Positions 50,922-61,758 of a stretch of 64,000 bases of DNA are shown piece after piece. A program made the translations under genes and the position numbers. The notes below the pieces were generated by a model. That model saw nothing but the letters and a program-made list of their open reading frames with translations. It ran no database searches and was not told where the DNA came from. Source of the DNA: Dendrobates tinctorius (Eukaryota); assembly GCF_039654945.1 (NCBI RefSeq), contig NW_027361675.1, forward strand, positions 25,854,001 through 25,918,000, written 5' to 3'. The first letter of the stretch is position 1; every line of letters starts with the position of its first letter.

Positions 50922-53900
50922 TTTTCTCTCTCACCCATGACAGCACCACGGAAAGGGCATCTGCCCTTCAGGGTCAGGAACCTACAGATAAAAAGGGCGG
51001 TACCTCTCCTCCGCCTTCAGTTGGGTTCCTGTCCCTGACGGGTGACCCACAGGACGGCGTTACCTGCGTGCTCCTGGAGTCCGGATCCGTGGCCGACCTG
51101 TCTGAATGATGGCAGCGGGGAGGCCCCTGTCACGGCGGGTGCGGTGCCCGATGTGGGCTGCCAGGTGAGCGGGGGGGGGGGAGAAGTCGGAGCCGTCGCT
51201 CCGGAAAGGAGGTCGGGGATCGCGCGGACCTGGAAAACATGCAGGCAGCGCCATGGTACAGAGTTGTACCAAAATGGCCGCTGCCCTGGAAATAGAAACC
51301 GGGAACCGGTGCATAGGCAGGAGCGCTCTCCCAGACAGACGCGGTGCAGAATGGGAGCGGTGACGTCACTCGCCGGGAAATTTAAAATGGTGGGGCTGGA
51401 AACACTCCTGGTTGGAAGCGGTCCTGAGCAATGGGGGATAGCGACCAGCAACAGGAGCAGCAAGCCAAGCAGCACCATCGCCAAAAGGAACGGAACAGAA
51501 GAAATGGCCGTTCCAGCAGCCACTCCACGCAGCCCAGCACGTCCGCTGCAAGGAGCAAATCGCCACCGGGAGATCAGCCTGTACAGGACCTGACTCCATC
51601 TCCCGAATTGGTACCTGCAGCCATGTACTTTTGGGTGAGTGATCTTCGTGAATATTCACCATTGTAATAGAATTCCTTTCCCTTATTAGGGAAAGAAGAA
51701 GGGGAAAAAGAAGAACAGGGAATGTCCCACTTGTACTAGACCCCCTACCTATATCTTGGGAGAAATAACTCTGTGAATCTTGTACGAAAGAAGTCCTCTG
51801 TCAGGAAACCCCGGATTTCGCCTCTGACCTAAGAACCGTGATCAAACCGGAGGTTCAGAGTGCCCTTATATTCCTTAAGCACAGGGACAAAACAAAAAAG
51901 AAAGATACGATAGTGTCTTCCCAGTCGGATTCTTCGACGTTGGGAGAAATCACCTCTAAAACCTCGGAATCCGGCTCCTCATCCTCAGACGAGGAAACGG
52001 GGGGCGTCACTGTAGACAAGCTAGTGAAAGCTGTAAGGTCTACCATGGGGGTATTGGACCCTAGGCCTGATAAAACAGTCCAGGACATAATGTTCGGGGG
52101 ACTAGGCCAGAAAAAGCGGAGAGTCTTCCCGCTAAATGAAAATGTTCAGGGGCTAATCAAAAAAGAACGGGACAAAACGGACAGGAAAAACACCACCGTC
52201 CCTTCCCTTAAAAGAAAATATCCCTTTGATGGAGAGGCGTTCACTTCTTGGGTAAGGCCCCGAAGCTCAACGTAGCCGTCGCAAAGGCCTCAAAAAAATT
52301 CACTCTCCCCTTCGAGGACATGGGCACCCTCAGGGATCCCCTAGATAAAAAGGCAGATACTTTCCTTAAAAGGGCATGGGAGTCAGCAGGGGGTAATCTC
52401 AGACCAGCCATAGCGGCGACATGTACCTCAATAGCCCTAATGGTATGGGTGGACCAACTTGATAAGCAACTAAGGGAAGGGACGCCAAGGGATAAGAGCC
52501 TATATTCTATCCCAGTAATAAGGGGAGCAGACTCATCGGCCGATTCAGTCCGATTATCGTCCAAAGCAGCAGCGCTCTCAAATGCAGCCCGAAGAACACT
52601 ATGGCTCAAACGTTGGCCAGGGGACTTACAGACAAAAATGAAATTGTGTTCAATCCCCTGTGAAGGGAAATTCCTTTTTGGGGAGACATTAGATGACATC
52701 CTACAGAAAGCTGGGGACAAGAAGAAAGGGTTCCCAAATTTGGGGCCTGTAACGTTTAAGAGGCCATTTCGGAATAGAAAGTTTTTTCAGAGGAGACAAA
52801 AGTGGGATGACAGAAGCAAAGATAGAGGGTTCCTCTTTGGTAACTCGGCCCGAGACAAAAAGCCCTCTAAGTGACAGTTTGCCCAGGGTGGAGGGAAGGC
52901 TAACCCTTTTCCTTCCAGCCTGGAAGAAAATCTCAAACAACCTGTGGATAATAAACCTAATCCAGGAGGGCCTAAAAATGGACTTTCTCTCTTTCCCACC
53001 TCAAAAGTACGTAATAACTCCGCTAAGATCCAGTACGCAGGAGCAGGAAGCCCTAGAAAACGAGGTCCTAAACCTGGTAAAAAAAGGAGTCCTCCAGGAG
53101 GTTCCCCTGCAGGAAATGGGCAGAGGGTTCTACTCCCCTCTTTTCCTGGTGACCAAACCAGACGGCACTTTCTGGACGATCATAAACTTAAAAAATTAAA
53201 CATACGTCAGGAATCAAAGTTTCAAAATGGAGTCGATCAGGTCCACCACCAAAATCCTGTTCCCGAACTGCTTCATGACGCTATTAGATCTCAGCGACGC
53301 CTATTATCACGTCCCCATTCACAAAAACTCCAGAAAATATCTCAGGTTAGCTGTCTCAATAAAGGGCTAGGTAAAAGAATTCCAGTACAGAGCCTTGCCA
53401 TTCGGAATATCTGTAGCCCCACGGGTGTTTACCAAAATAGTAGCGGAAATGACGGCCCATATAAGGGAGCAAGACATAATAATAGTCCCGTATGTGGACG
53501 ATTTTTTAATAGCAAGCAGCTCGGCCCGAAAATGCCAGGAACAGAAGGACAGGGTGATGGACACTCTACAAGGCCTAGGCTGGCTCCTAAATCTGAAAAA
53601 AATCAAGATTGGAGCCCAGCAGAGTACAGGAATTCTTGGGTCTAACAATGGACTCAAAACATTCAAGAGTGCCGTCTCCCAGACTGCAAGAAAGAGAAAA
53701 TCACTCAAATTATAACAAGAGCAATCCAAAATCCCTCCATGACGTTAAGGAAAACTATGTCACTGCTGGGTTCACTATCCTCCTGCCTGCCAGCAGTCCA
53801 ATGGGCTCAGTTACACACTAGAGAGCTCCAGTGGGACGTATTAGCTAACCAGTCAGCTGTAGGGGGACACCAAGAGGGTCGTATTACCCTACATTCAAAG

Positions 53901-56387
53901 ACTATTCATTCCCTAGCCTGGTGGGGAAACCAAGACAATCTTTCCAAAGGGATTCCCTGGGTAATAATAATAATCTTTATTTTTACATAGCGCTAACATA
54001 TTCCGCAGCGCTTTACAATTTGCACACATTATCATCACTGTCCCTGATGGGGCTCACAATCTAAATTCCCTATCAGTATGTCTTTGGAATGTGGGAGGAA
54101 ACCGGAGGAAACCCACGCAAACACAGGGAGAACATAAAAACTCCTTGCAGATGTTGTCCTTGGTGGGATTCGAACCCAGGACTCCAGCGCTAACAAAAAA
54201 TAACACACATAGTTACCACGGACGCCAGTCCCACGGGATGGGGAGCACACATGAACAACAAGGTGGCTCAGGGTGCGTGGGGTCGTCAAGAACTAGAAGC
54301 CTCCTCAAACCAGAAAGAGCTCTTAGCAGTGGGCTACGCGTTAACACACTTCCTACCCCTGCTCCAGAATCATCATGTCCGCATATTTTCGGACAATCAA
54401 GTCACAGTGGCCTATATAAATCATCAGGGGGGAACCAGGTCCCGGGCCCTAATGGACACATCCTCCAGAGTCCTCAAGCTAGCAGAGACAAATCTGCTAT
54501 CCCTGTCAGCACTACATATCCAAGGAACGGAGAATCAAAGGGGAGACTTCCTGAGCCGCTCCCAATTATGGCAGGGGGAATGGGTCCTAAAGCGGTCCGT
54601 TTTTCGGCAGATTGTAAAAAGGTGAGGGGCCCCGGACATAGATCTGTTTGCCAACTTCAGAAACAAAAAAGTGGAAACGGTCTGCTCCCTAGACCCCAGG
54701 GAGAATTCTGTAGCTCTGGACGCATTTATGCTTACATGGACGCAGAGTCTAACATACGCTTTTCCCCCGGCAGTGCTAAGAAAAGTCAGAGAGGACGGGG
54801 CAAGAATGATATTAATAGCCCCCTTCTGGCCGAAAAGAACCTGGTTCTCCTGGCTAAGAATGCTTTCGGTAACCGACCCATGGATCCTACCGGATCTCCA
54901 AGACCTGCTATCGCAGGGCCCAGTGTTACACCCTCAGACAGGGAACCTCCATTTAGCAGCATGGAATTTGAGAGGGTGCTGATGAGGGTCAGAGAATTTT
55001 CAGAGAACCTGATAACTACATTACAAAAAAGTAGAAAACCGGTTACGATGAGAGCATATGGAAGAACATGGAAAAAATTCTTATCCACTTCTGGGGTAAA
55101 GGTTCAGGACGGGGTTCAGATCGATAAGATCCTAGAATTTCTACAAAAGGGCCTAGAACAGGGTCTGGCGGTCAACACATTAAAGGTCCAAGTAGCAGCC
55201 TTAGGCGCTCTTTATAACCATGATGTGGCGGGTAACCCTTGGGTGGCACGATTTATTAAGGCCGCAACCAGATCCAGGCCAATAGCTAGTCAAAGGATTC
55301 CGTCATGGGACCTGAATCTTGTACTGTCCACACTGACAGGCCCTCCGTTCGAACCCATTCACTCGGCATCCCTTAGAACCCTGTCATTTAAAACGGTGCT
55401 TCTGGTGGCACTAACATCAGCTCGCAGGGTGAGCGATATTCAAGCTTTATCAGCAGGACCACCTTTCACAAAAATTCTAGAGGATAGAGTCATTTTAAAA
55501 CCTGACCCGGCCTATCTACCAAAAGTGTCATCACATTTTCATAGGTCCCAAGAGGTAGTCCTTCCTTCCTTCTGCCCAAATCCTAAAAATAAGGGGGAAG
55601 AAATATTTCACATCTTAGATGTCAAGAGGTGCTTAGTACAATATCTAGAGGCCACAAAAAAATATAGGAAGGAAGGCTCTCTCTTTTTGTGTTTCCAGGG
55701 ACCTCGGAAGGGACTCAAACCATCTAAGAGTACCCTGGCAAGGTAGATTAGGGATGCGATTGCCCTTTCATATTCATCCAGTTGAAATACCATCCCGGAA
55801 GGCTTGAGAGCCCATTCCACAAGAGTGATGGCGACCTTATGGGCTGAAAGATCTGAGGTATCGATAGAACAAATCTGTAAGGCAGCCACCTGGTCATCAC
55901 CTTCGACCTTTTTCAGGCACTATAGATTAGATCTAGCCTCTACGTCTGACCTGACCTTCGGGAGAAGGGTCCTTCAGGCGGTGGTCCCTCCCTAAGCTAC
56001 CAATCTCTGTAATTCTCTCCGTGGTGCTGTCATGGGTGAGAGAGAATAGCTTAGTTACTCACCGATAACGGTGTTTCTCGGAACCCATGACAGCACCCGC
56101 TTATTCCTCTCCCCTTCACGAGTGTGGTGAGCATGTTTACTATTTGTAGAGTGTTTCCGTTTAGGCATGGTGTTTATGATAAATAAGCAATATTATAATG
56201 CTGTGTATATATTTCTGTTGTCTAACTAACCTGGAGACCCTCTGATGCTCTGTAACCAACTGAAGGCGGAGGAGAGGTACCGCCCTTTTTATCTGTAGGT
56301 TCCTGTCCCTGAAGGACGGATCCCCTCTCCGTGGTGCTGTCATGGGTTCCGAGAAACACCGTTATCGGTGAGTAACTAAGCTATTTT
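50922..56387 (+). mobile_element. Full-length but mutated DIRS element 4
   Basis: ITRs about 50933-51023 and 56256-56346; ICR about 56014-56097; gag 51431-52874, RT (YVDD)/RNaseH/MT, YR (ARRVSDI, AHSTR, FRHY) to 55995, with stops and frameshifts. Confidence 0.93.
53962..54191 (-). mobile_element. tRNA-derived V-SINE-like element with L2 tail, inserted in DIRS 4
   Basis: Minus-strand B box ggttcgaatcc, core tttgcgtgggtttcctccgg, L2-like 3' stem and (ATT)n tail. Confidence 0.85.
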
Positions 56388-57678
56388 GTTTTCCATTGAA
56401 AATAAAGGTACTGTACAACGCAGCAAAAACTGCTGCAGATCCGCAGGGCCAATCCGCTGCGGATCCGCAGCGTGTGTACACACCCTTAAACTCACCATCA
56501 TCTCCTTGGTTTTCTTTACATTTAGTTCTAGACAGTTAGTCTGGCACCAATCTACAAAGTCAGAAGCCACCCTTCTATATTCCTCCTCACCCCGGTCCCC
56601 CTACAATTCCCCCTACAATCACTGAGTCATCTCTGAGAATTTTTGGAGGTGAGAGATCGGATTTATACTGAAAGTCAGCTGTATACAATGTGAAGAGGAA
56701 GGGCGAAAGCACTGTACCATGAGGAGCTCCCACACTGCTCCGTACACTGCCAGATACCACCTCTCCCATCCTTACAAACTGTGGCCTGTCCGTCAGGTAG
56801 TCGCTTATCCAGTTCACCATCTCCTCATCCACTGAGATATCAGTCAACTTATTTCATAATAAGAGCGGCTGTAAGGTATTGAAAGCGCTAGAGAAGTCAA
56901 AGAACATGGCGCACACTGCAGTTCCATTATTGTCCAAGAATGAATGTACTGTATGTAGCAGAGGCACTACAGCATCATCCACCCCCAATCTCTGCTGGTA
57001 CGCAAACTGTAGGGGGTCAGTGTAGGTCTTCACCCTCAGGCACAAGTAGGCAACTACTATTCTCTCCAACGACTTCATAGCATGCAATGTTAAGGCCACT
57101 GGACGATAGTCATGTAGGGAAGTTGGAAAGGTGATCTTGGGAACTGGCGCCAGGCAGGTGGTCTTCCACAGCACTGATATTCTCTGAGATTGTAGGCTCC
57201 TGTTAAACAGGAGCTGAAAGACATTACACAGTTGGTTTGCACACTTTTAGGACACATGGACTGAGGCCAAAGTGAAAAAATTAAAGTGTAAAATTTTTAA
57301 ATTCCCAAAAATTACACATTTTTCCAATAAATACCTTTATGTAAAATAAAGTGAAAGTACACGTTTGGTATTGCCACGTCCATAATGACCTGCTCTATAA
57401 AACTGTACCACTCGCTAGCCCCTTCGGTGAACACTAAAAAATGAGGCAAACAATGCTTTATCATACCTGTGATAGAAAATATTAACCCTTGAGGTCCCTC
57501 ATTCCCCTCCACTCTCCTTTTCCTTTCATCCAGCATTTGTCATGAGAAGATGGGAGATGGCATTTTACATAGACAGGTTTGAATGCCAAGTACAGCTTTT
57601 TGAAGTAGATTAATTAAAATGCAAAGATTTGTCAGGTGACTGAAGAGTGTCTATTGTCTAAAGACAGGAAAACCCTTA

Positions 57679-58031
57679 GGGTGTGTGCACACGCTGCGGA
57701 ATCTGCTGCGGATTGATCCGCGTGGATTTTCAAAATCCGCAGATAAATCCGCAGGTCAAAAGACCTGCGATTTATCTGCGGATTAGCCTGTGGTTTTGCC
57801 CTGCGGTTTTACCACCTCCACAATGGAGGAGATGGTAAACCGCTGTGGAATCCGCAGAAAGAATTGACATGTCAATTCTTTCTGCGGTTTAGAAACCGCA
57901 GAAAATCCGCGCAGAAAATTCCGCAGCATCTGCACAGCGGTTTCCATTTCCCATAGGGAATAATGGTACTGTACACCGCAGCAGAAATTGCTGCAGATCC
58001 ACAGCAGAATGCACAGCGTGTGCGCACACCC
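57679..58031. mobile_element. Harbinger-type MITE
   Basis: gggtgtgtgcacacgctg / cagcgtgtgcgcacaccc; TTA TSD. Confidence 0.85.
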
Positions 58032-58477
58032 TTAGGGTCTGATAAAAGATCAACCCAAATTATCAGTGTTCGTGCAGAGAGCTACATATCATCTATGTAT
58101 GCAGGGGCTCTGCTTATTGATAGCCAAACCGACGCGCTCTCCTTCGGCTAAACTGACTCATCTCTGCGACTGGTGTAGTAAATTATGTTAATCCTCTTTA
58201 TTTTATGTAACGGTTTATGTTGTATTTTGTCCCACTTGTAAAATCTTTCGTTTTTCACTGCCTCCCTTTTGATTAAATATAAAAATTAGTTCTGTTCTAT
58301 AAACTACACCTCAAAGCCACAAGCTGCCTTTTAAATGGTGTCCATTTGACTGAATAAGCTGTGGTGGCAGCGAGTAGTCTGGGGTTATTGGAACGTTAGC
58401 TGTGACTGTTTCGGGGTGTGTACACATATTCCATGTGTTGGAATCTGAAGATGTATATGCTGTAGACTCATCCTTAA

Positions 58478-59251
58478 AGGGAACCTGTCACCCCCTCCAG
58501 GCGTTTTTAGCTAAAAGAGCCACCTTGTGCAGCACTAATGCTGCATTCTGTCAAGGTGGCTCTTTTATTTGGCGTCCCTTCCACCGCAGAAAGAAGAGTT
58601 TTTAAAATTTGTCACTCATACCTGAAGTTTGTCCGCGGGCAGATCTTTCCCCCCCGGACACAGACACCTCACATCCATCAGTAATTTCCTCTTGGCGCCG
58701 CCCCCGCAGTGTTTATTTATTTTCCTGGCACCTGCGCTGTTATTTTTTTTTCTTGGGCATGCGCAGTTAGCACTGCCCGTCCACTGACATCACATTATGT
58801 CTTCCTTATCGCGCCTGCGTGGACGCGTGGCCCGAGATCCCGCCCTGCAGTGTGAATAAATCAGAAGAGACTGCGGTGCGGGATCTCGGGCCGCGCGTCC
58901 ACGCAGGCGCGATAAGGAAGACATCATGTGATCTCAGTGGACGGCCAGCGCTAACTGCGCATGCCCAAGAAAAAAAAATAACAGCGCAGGCGCCAGGAAA
59001 ATAAATGAACGCTGCGGTGGCGGCGCCAAGAGGAAATGACTGATGGATGTGAGGCGTCTGTGTCCAGGGGGAAAGACCTGCCCCCCTGCCCCCCGGACAA
59101 ACTTCAGGTATGAGTGACAAATTTTAAAAACGCTTCTTTCTGCGGTGGAAGGGATGCCAAATAAAAGAGCCACCTTGACAGAATGCAGCATTAGTGTTGC
59201 ACAAGGTGACTCTTTTAGTTAAAACCGCCTGGAGGGGATGACAGGTTCCCT
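58478..59251. mobile_element. Foldback T2/Kolobok-type MITE, about 770-bp near-palindrome
   Basis: ttaa-agggaacctgtca ... tgacaggttccct; arms complementary almost to the centre (about 58865). Confidence 0.88.
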
Positions 59252-59602
59252 TTACGCTCTCAATATATGGTGATGTGAAACTTTTATTTTTCCCAAATAA
59301 AAAGCGTCTTTCAGTGTGTGATAGTAGTCAAACATAAAAACCAGATATAAATCTGGTATTGCTGTAATCGCACCGACCTGAAGAATAGTCGTCCAATTAT
59401 ACCTCACAAGGAATGGCGTAAAAATAAATTAAACATATTTTCCACATGCTGTTGCTCTTCATTCTTTCTCCCAAAGATCGCAGTAAGTCTCAGTGCACAT
59501 TTTTTCTGCGTTTCTGTGTAAATCTCTGAAATACGTGATTCAGATCTCTGGCGGAAGATTCCCTATAATGAGGCAGATGGAGGCACTGTGGACGCAGTCT
59601 AA

Positions 59603-60447
59603 GGTCTGTTTCACACATACGTTTTTACCTGTCAGTTGCCATCCGCCAAAAAAGCGGAGGACTGATCCGTGTCCGTCAAGACACCAACGGGTGCCACCGG
59701 ACCGTTGATATGACTGGTTCCGCCGATCTAGGAATGTAAAAGGAACCGCGCTTAAAAAAAAAAAAAAAAAAAGGACAGCCGATGTGCCGGGGGAACCGCG
59801 AGAAGAGAGCGGGGTCGCGGGAAGGCATGTGCCGGGGGGAGCTCGTGATGTCACGGGAAGACATGTGCCGGGGGGAGCTCGTGATGTCACGGGAAGACAT
59901 GTGCCGGGGGGAGCTCGCGATGTCGCGGGAGGTCGGAGCTCGCGATGTCGCGGGAGGTCGGAGCTCGTGATGTCGCGGGAGGTCGGAGCTCGAGTGAGGA
60001 GACGGCGGGAGCGATGGTAGGAGCTCGGGTGAGGAGACGGCGGGAGCGATGGTCGGAGCTCGGGTGAGGAGACGGCGGGAGCGATGGTCGGAGCTCGGGT
60101 GAGGAGACGGCGGGAGCGATGGTGAGAGAGAGATTTTAGCGGCTCCCGGGATGGCAGTAACGGGTTAAAATGCTTCCCGGGGCTATGATTCCGGGCATGC
60201 GCGGTTCAAACTGACGGTCCGTCAGAGACAAAAAACGTTGCAGGGTCCGTCTCATCCGCCCGGGAGCCGCTAAAATCTTGGCGGATCCGTACAAAAATGG
60301 GTAGGACGGACGACTGTCAGTCAAGATCCGCCAATAATGTAAGTCTATGGGGAAAAAAGCGGATCTGCCCCTTTTTTGGCGGATCCGTTTTTTTTAAAAA
60401 TTGGCGGATTTTGACTGATGGCAAATAACGGATGTGTGAAACAGGCC
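59603..60447. mobile_element. Harbinger-type MITE with internal GC-rich minisatellites
   Basis: ggtctgtttcacacat / atgtgtgaaacaggcc; TAA TSD; tandem units 59780-60125. Confidence 0.8.
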
Positions 60448-60546
60448 TAACCTGTGATCCAGCGGTGTCTGTCTTTTTTGGATTGCATAAAAGTGCCAGT
60501 TTTATGCTCTTCTGAAAAGGACACCGCTAAACGGAGTCCAGAGTAA

Positions 60547-60839
60547 AGGCCCCATCACACATTGCGATCTCGCTAGCGAGATCGCTGCTGAGTCACAAAT
60601 TTGTGACTAAGTTTTGTGACTTAGATACCCGATGTGTACGTTAGTTACCAGCTCCCTGCATCAGCGCGCTGGTAACTAACAAACACAGCGACGCCGCGCA
60701 CTGGGCGTCGCTGTGCTGATCGCTGGTGAAGCTGTCTGCTTGACAGCTCACCAGTGATCATATAGCGACTTTCCAGCGATCCTGACACGTTGATATCGTT
60801 GTCGGGATCGCTGGTGAGTCGTTATGTGTGACGGGGCCT
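60547..60839. mobile_element. Harbinger-type MITE
   Basis: aggccccatcacaca / tgtgtgacggggcct; TAA flanks. Confidence 0.78.
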
Positions 60840-61758
60840 TAACTCTACTGCCTCACTATAGTGAATGGATCCCACGGGGGTTTCATCTGTCACGCCCCTC
60901 AGATTTAGATGGAAACCACAAAGTGCTCAGCGTAGAGCGTCAGATAACTGTGATCCCAAACGTTATGTGAACTTCCCAATAAAAGCTTCAACTCAATCCA
61001 AAAAAAAAGCAAGTCCACTCAGGTCTGTCCACGAAATATAGGGGGCTTCCACGTTACTGGTACAATCACTGTTGCCAAATGGAATGTGAGTGTTAACACA
61101 CATCTGGACATGAATGTGTTTCAACATCAAGTATTGAAAGCAAAAATGGTGGGGCAAACTGCCTTTTACTATTCTGTTGGTATGATTGGCACTTCATGTG
61201 TAGTAATGATGAGTATATGAAACCTCATTGTGATTGACCTTAATCAGACTAATGCAGTGTGTATAATGGCCTGACTCTCCCATAGCTCATGTGAAACTTG
61301 CACTAGCATATAATATACAATTGAGTGGCACACACTATAATGTGAAAGCAAAGCACCACAGATAATTTCTTTATGCAAAGATCTTATGTCTAGTGTCTAA
61401 TAGTGATGAGTGAACGAGCTCTAATATGTTTGCAGCCACTTGCCATGACAATTCACAGCCAAAGCCTCTGCCAACGATTGAGTCCTGCTCAGAAGTCCGC
61501 AACATTTAGCTAACAAACTTTTCTTTCCTGTCATACTATTTGCATTAATTCCTGGAAAGCACAAGAAAAGTTGAACGACCTGAGAGCAGTTTTTAATCTA
61601 GTTTAACTATTAGTGGTTTTCCAATTATACAGTTCTTCCAAAGATACTAAAAAATTGAATAGGTCCCTAAAATAAGGTTTGTACATTTTCTTGAACTACT
61701 GCTGCAACTTTAAAACCATTTAACAGCCTAACAATTTTTTTTTATAGATAGTGCTGAA

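Larger units (their letters stand above)
50733..56485. mobile_element. Harbinger-type MITE split by DIRS element 4
   Basis: gggtgtgtgcacacgctgcgg / ccgcagcgtgtgtacacaccc; uninterrupted relative at 57679-58031. Confidence 0.8.
49625..57268 (-). mobile_element. 5'-truncated Rex1/Babar-type LINE carrying nested MITEs and DIRS element 4
   Basis: Minus-strand DYRPVALT, DPLQFAY, FFDFSSAFNT, VLSPFLFTLYT, YKYLGVHLDSKLDW, SRLYFLQKLRSF. Confidence 0.85.

Noticed and set aside
54150-54191. tRNA gene (T-arm ggttcgaatcc)
   Set aside because: Truncated tRNA-derived SINE head with no complete cloverleaf.
58110-58160. Degenerate Penelope-type hammerhead (ttgatagcc...cggctaaac)
   Set aside because: Core residues deviate from CUGANGA/GAAA and stems are not supportable.
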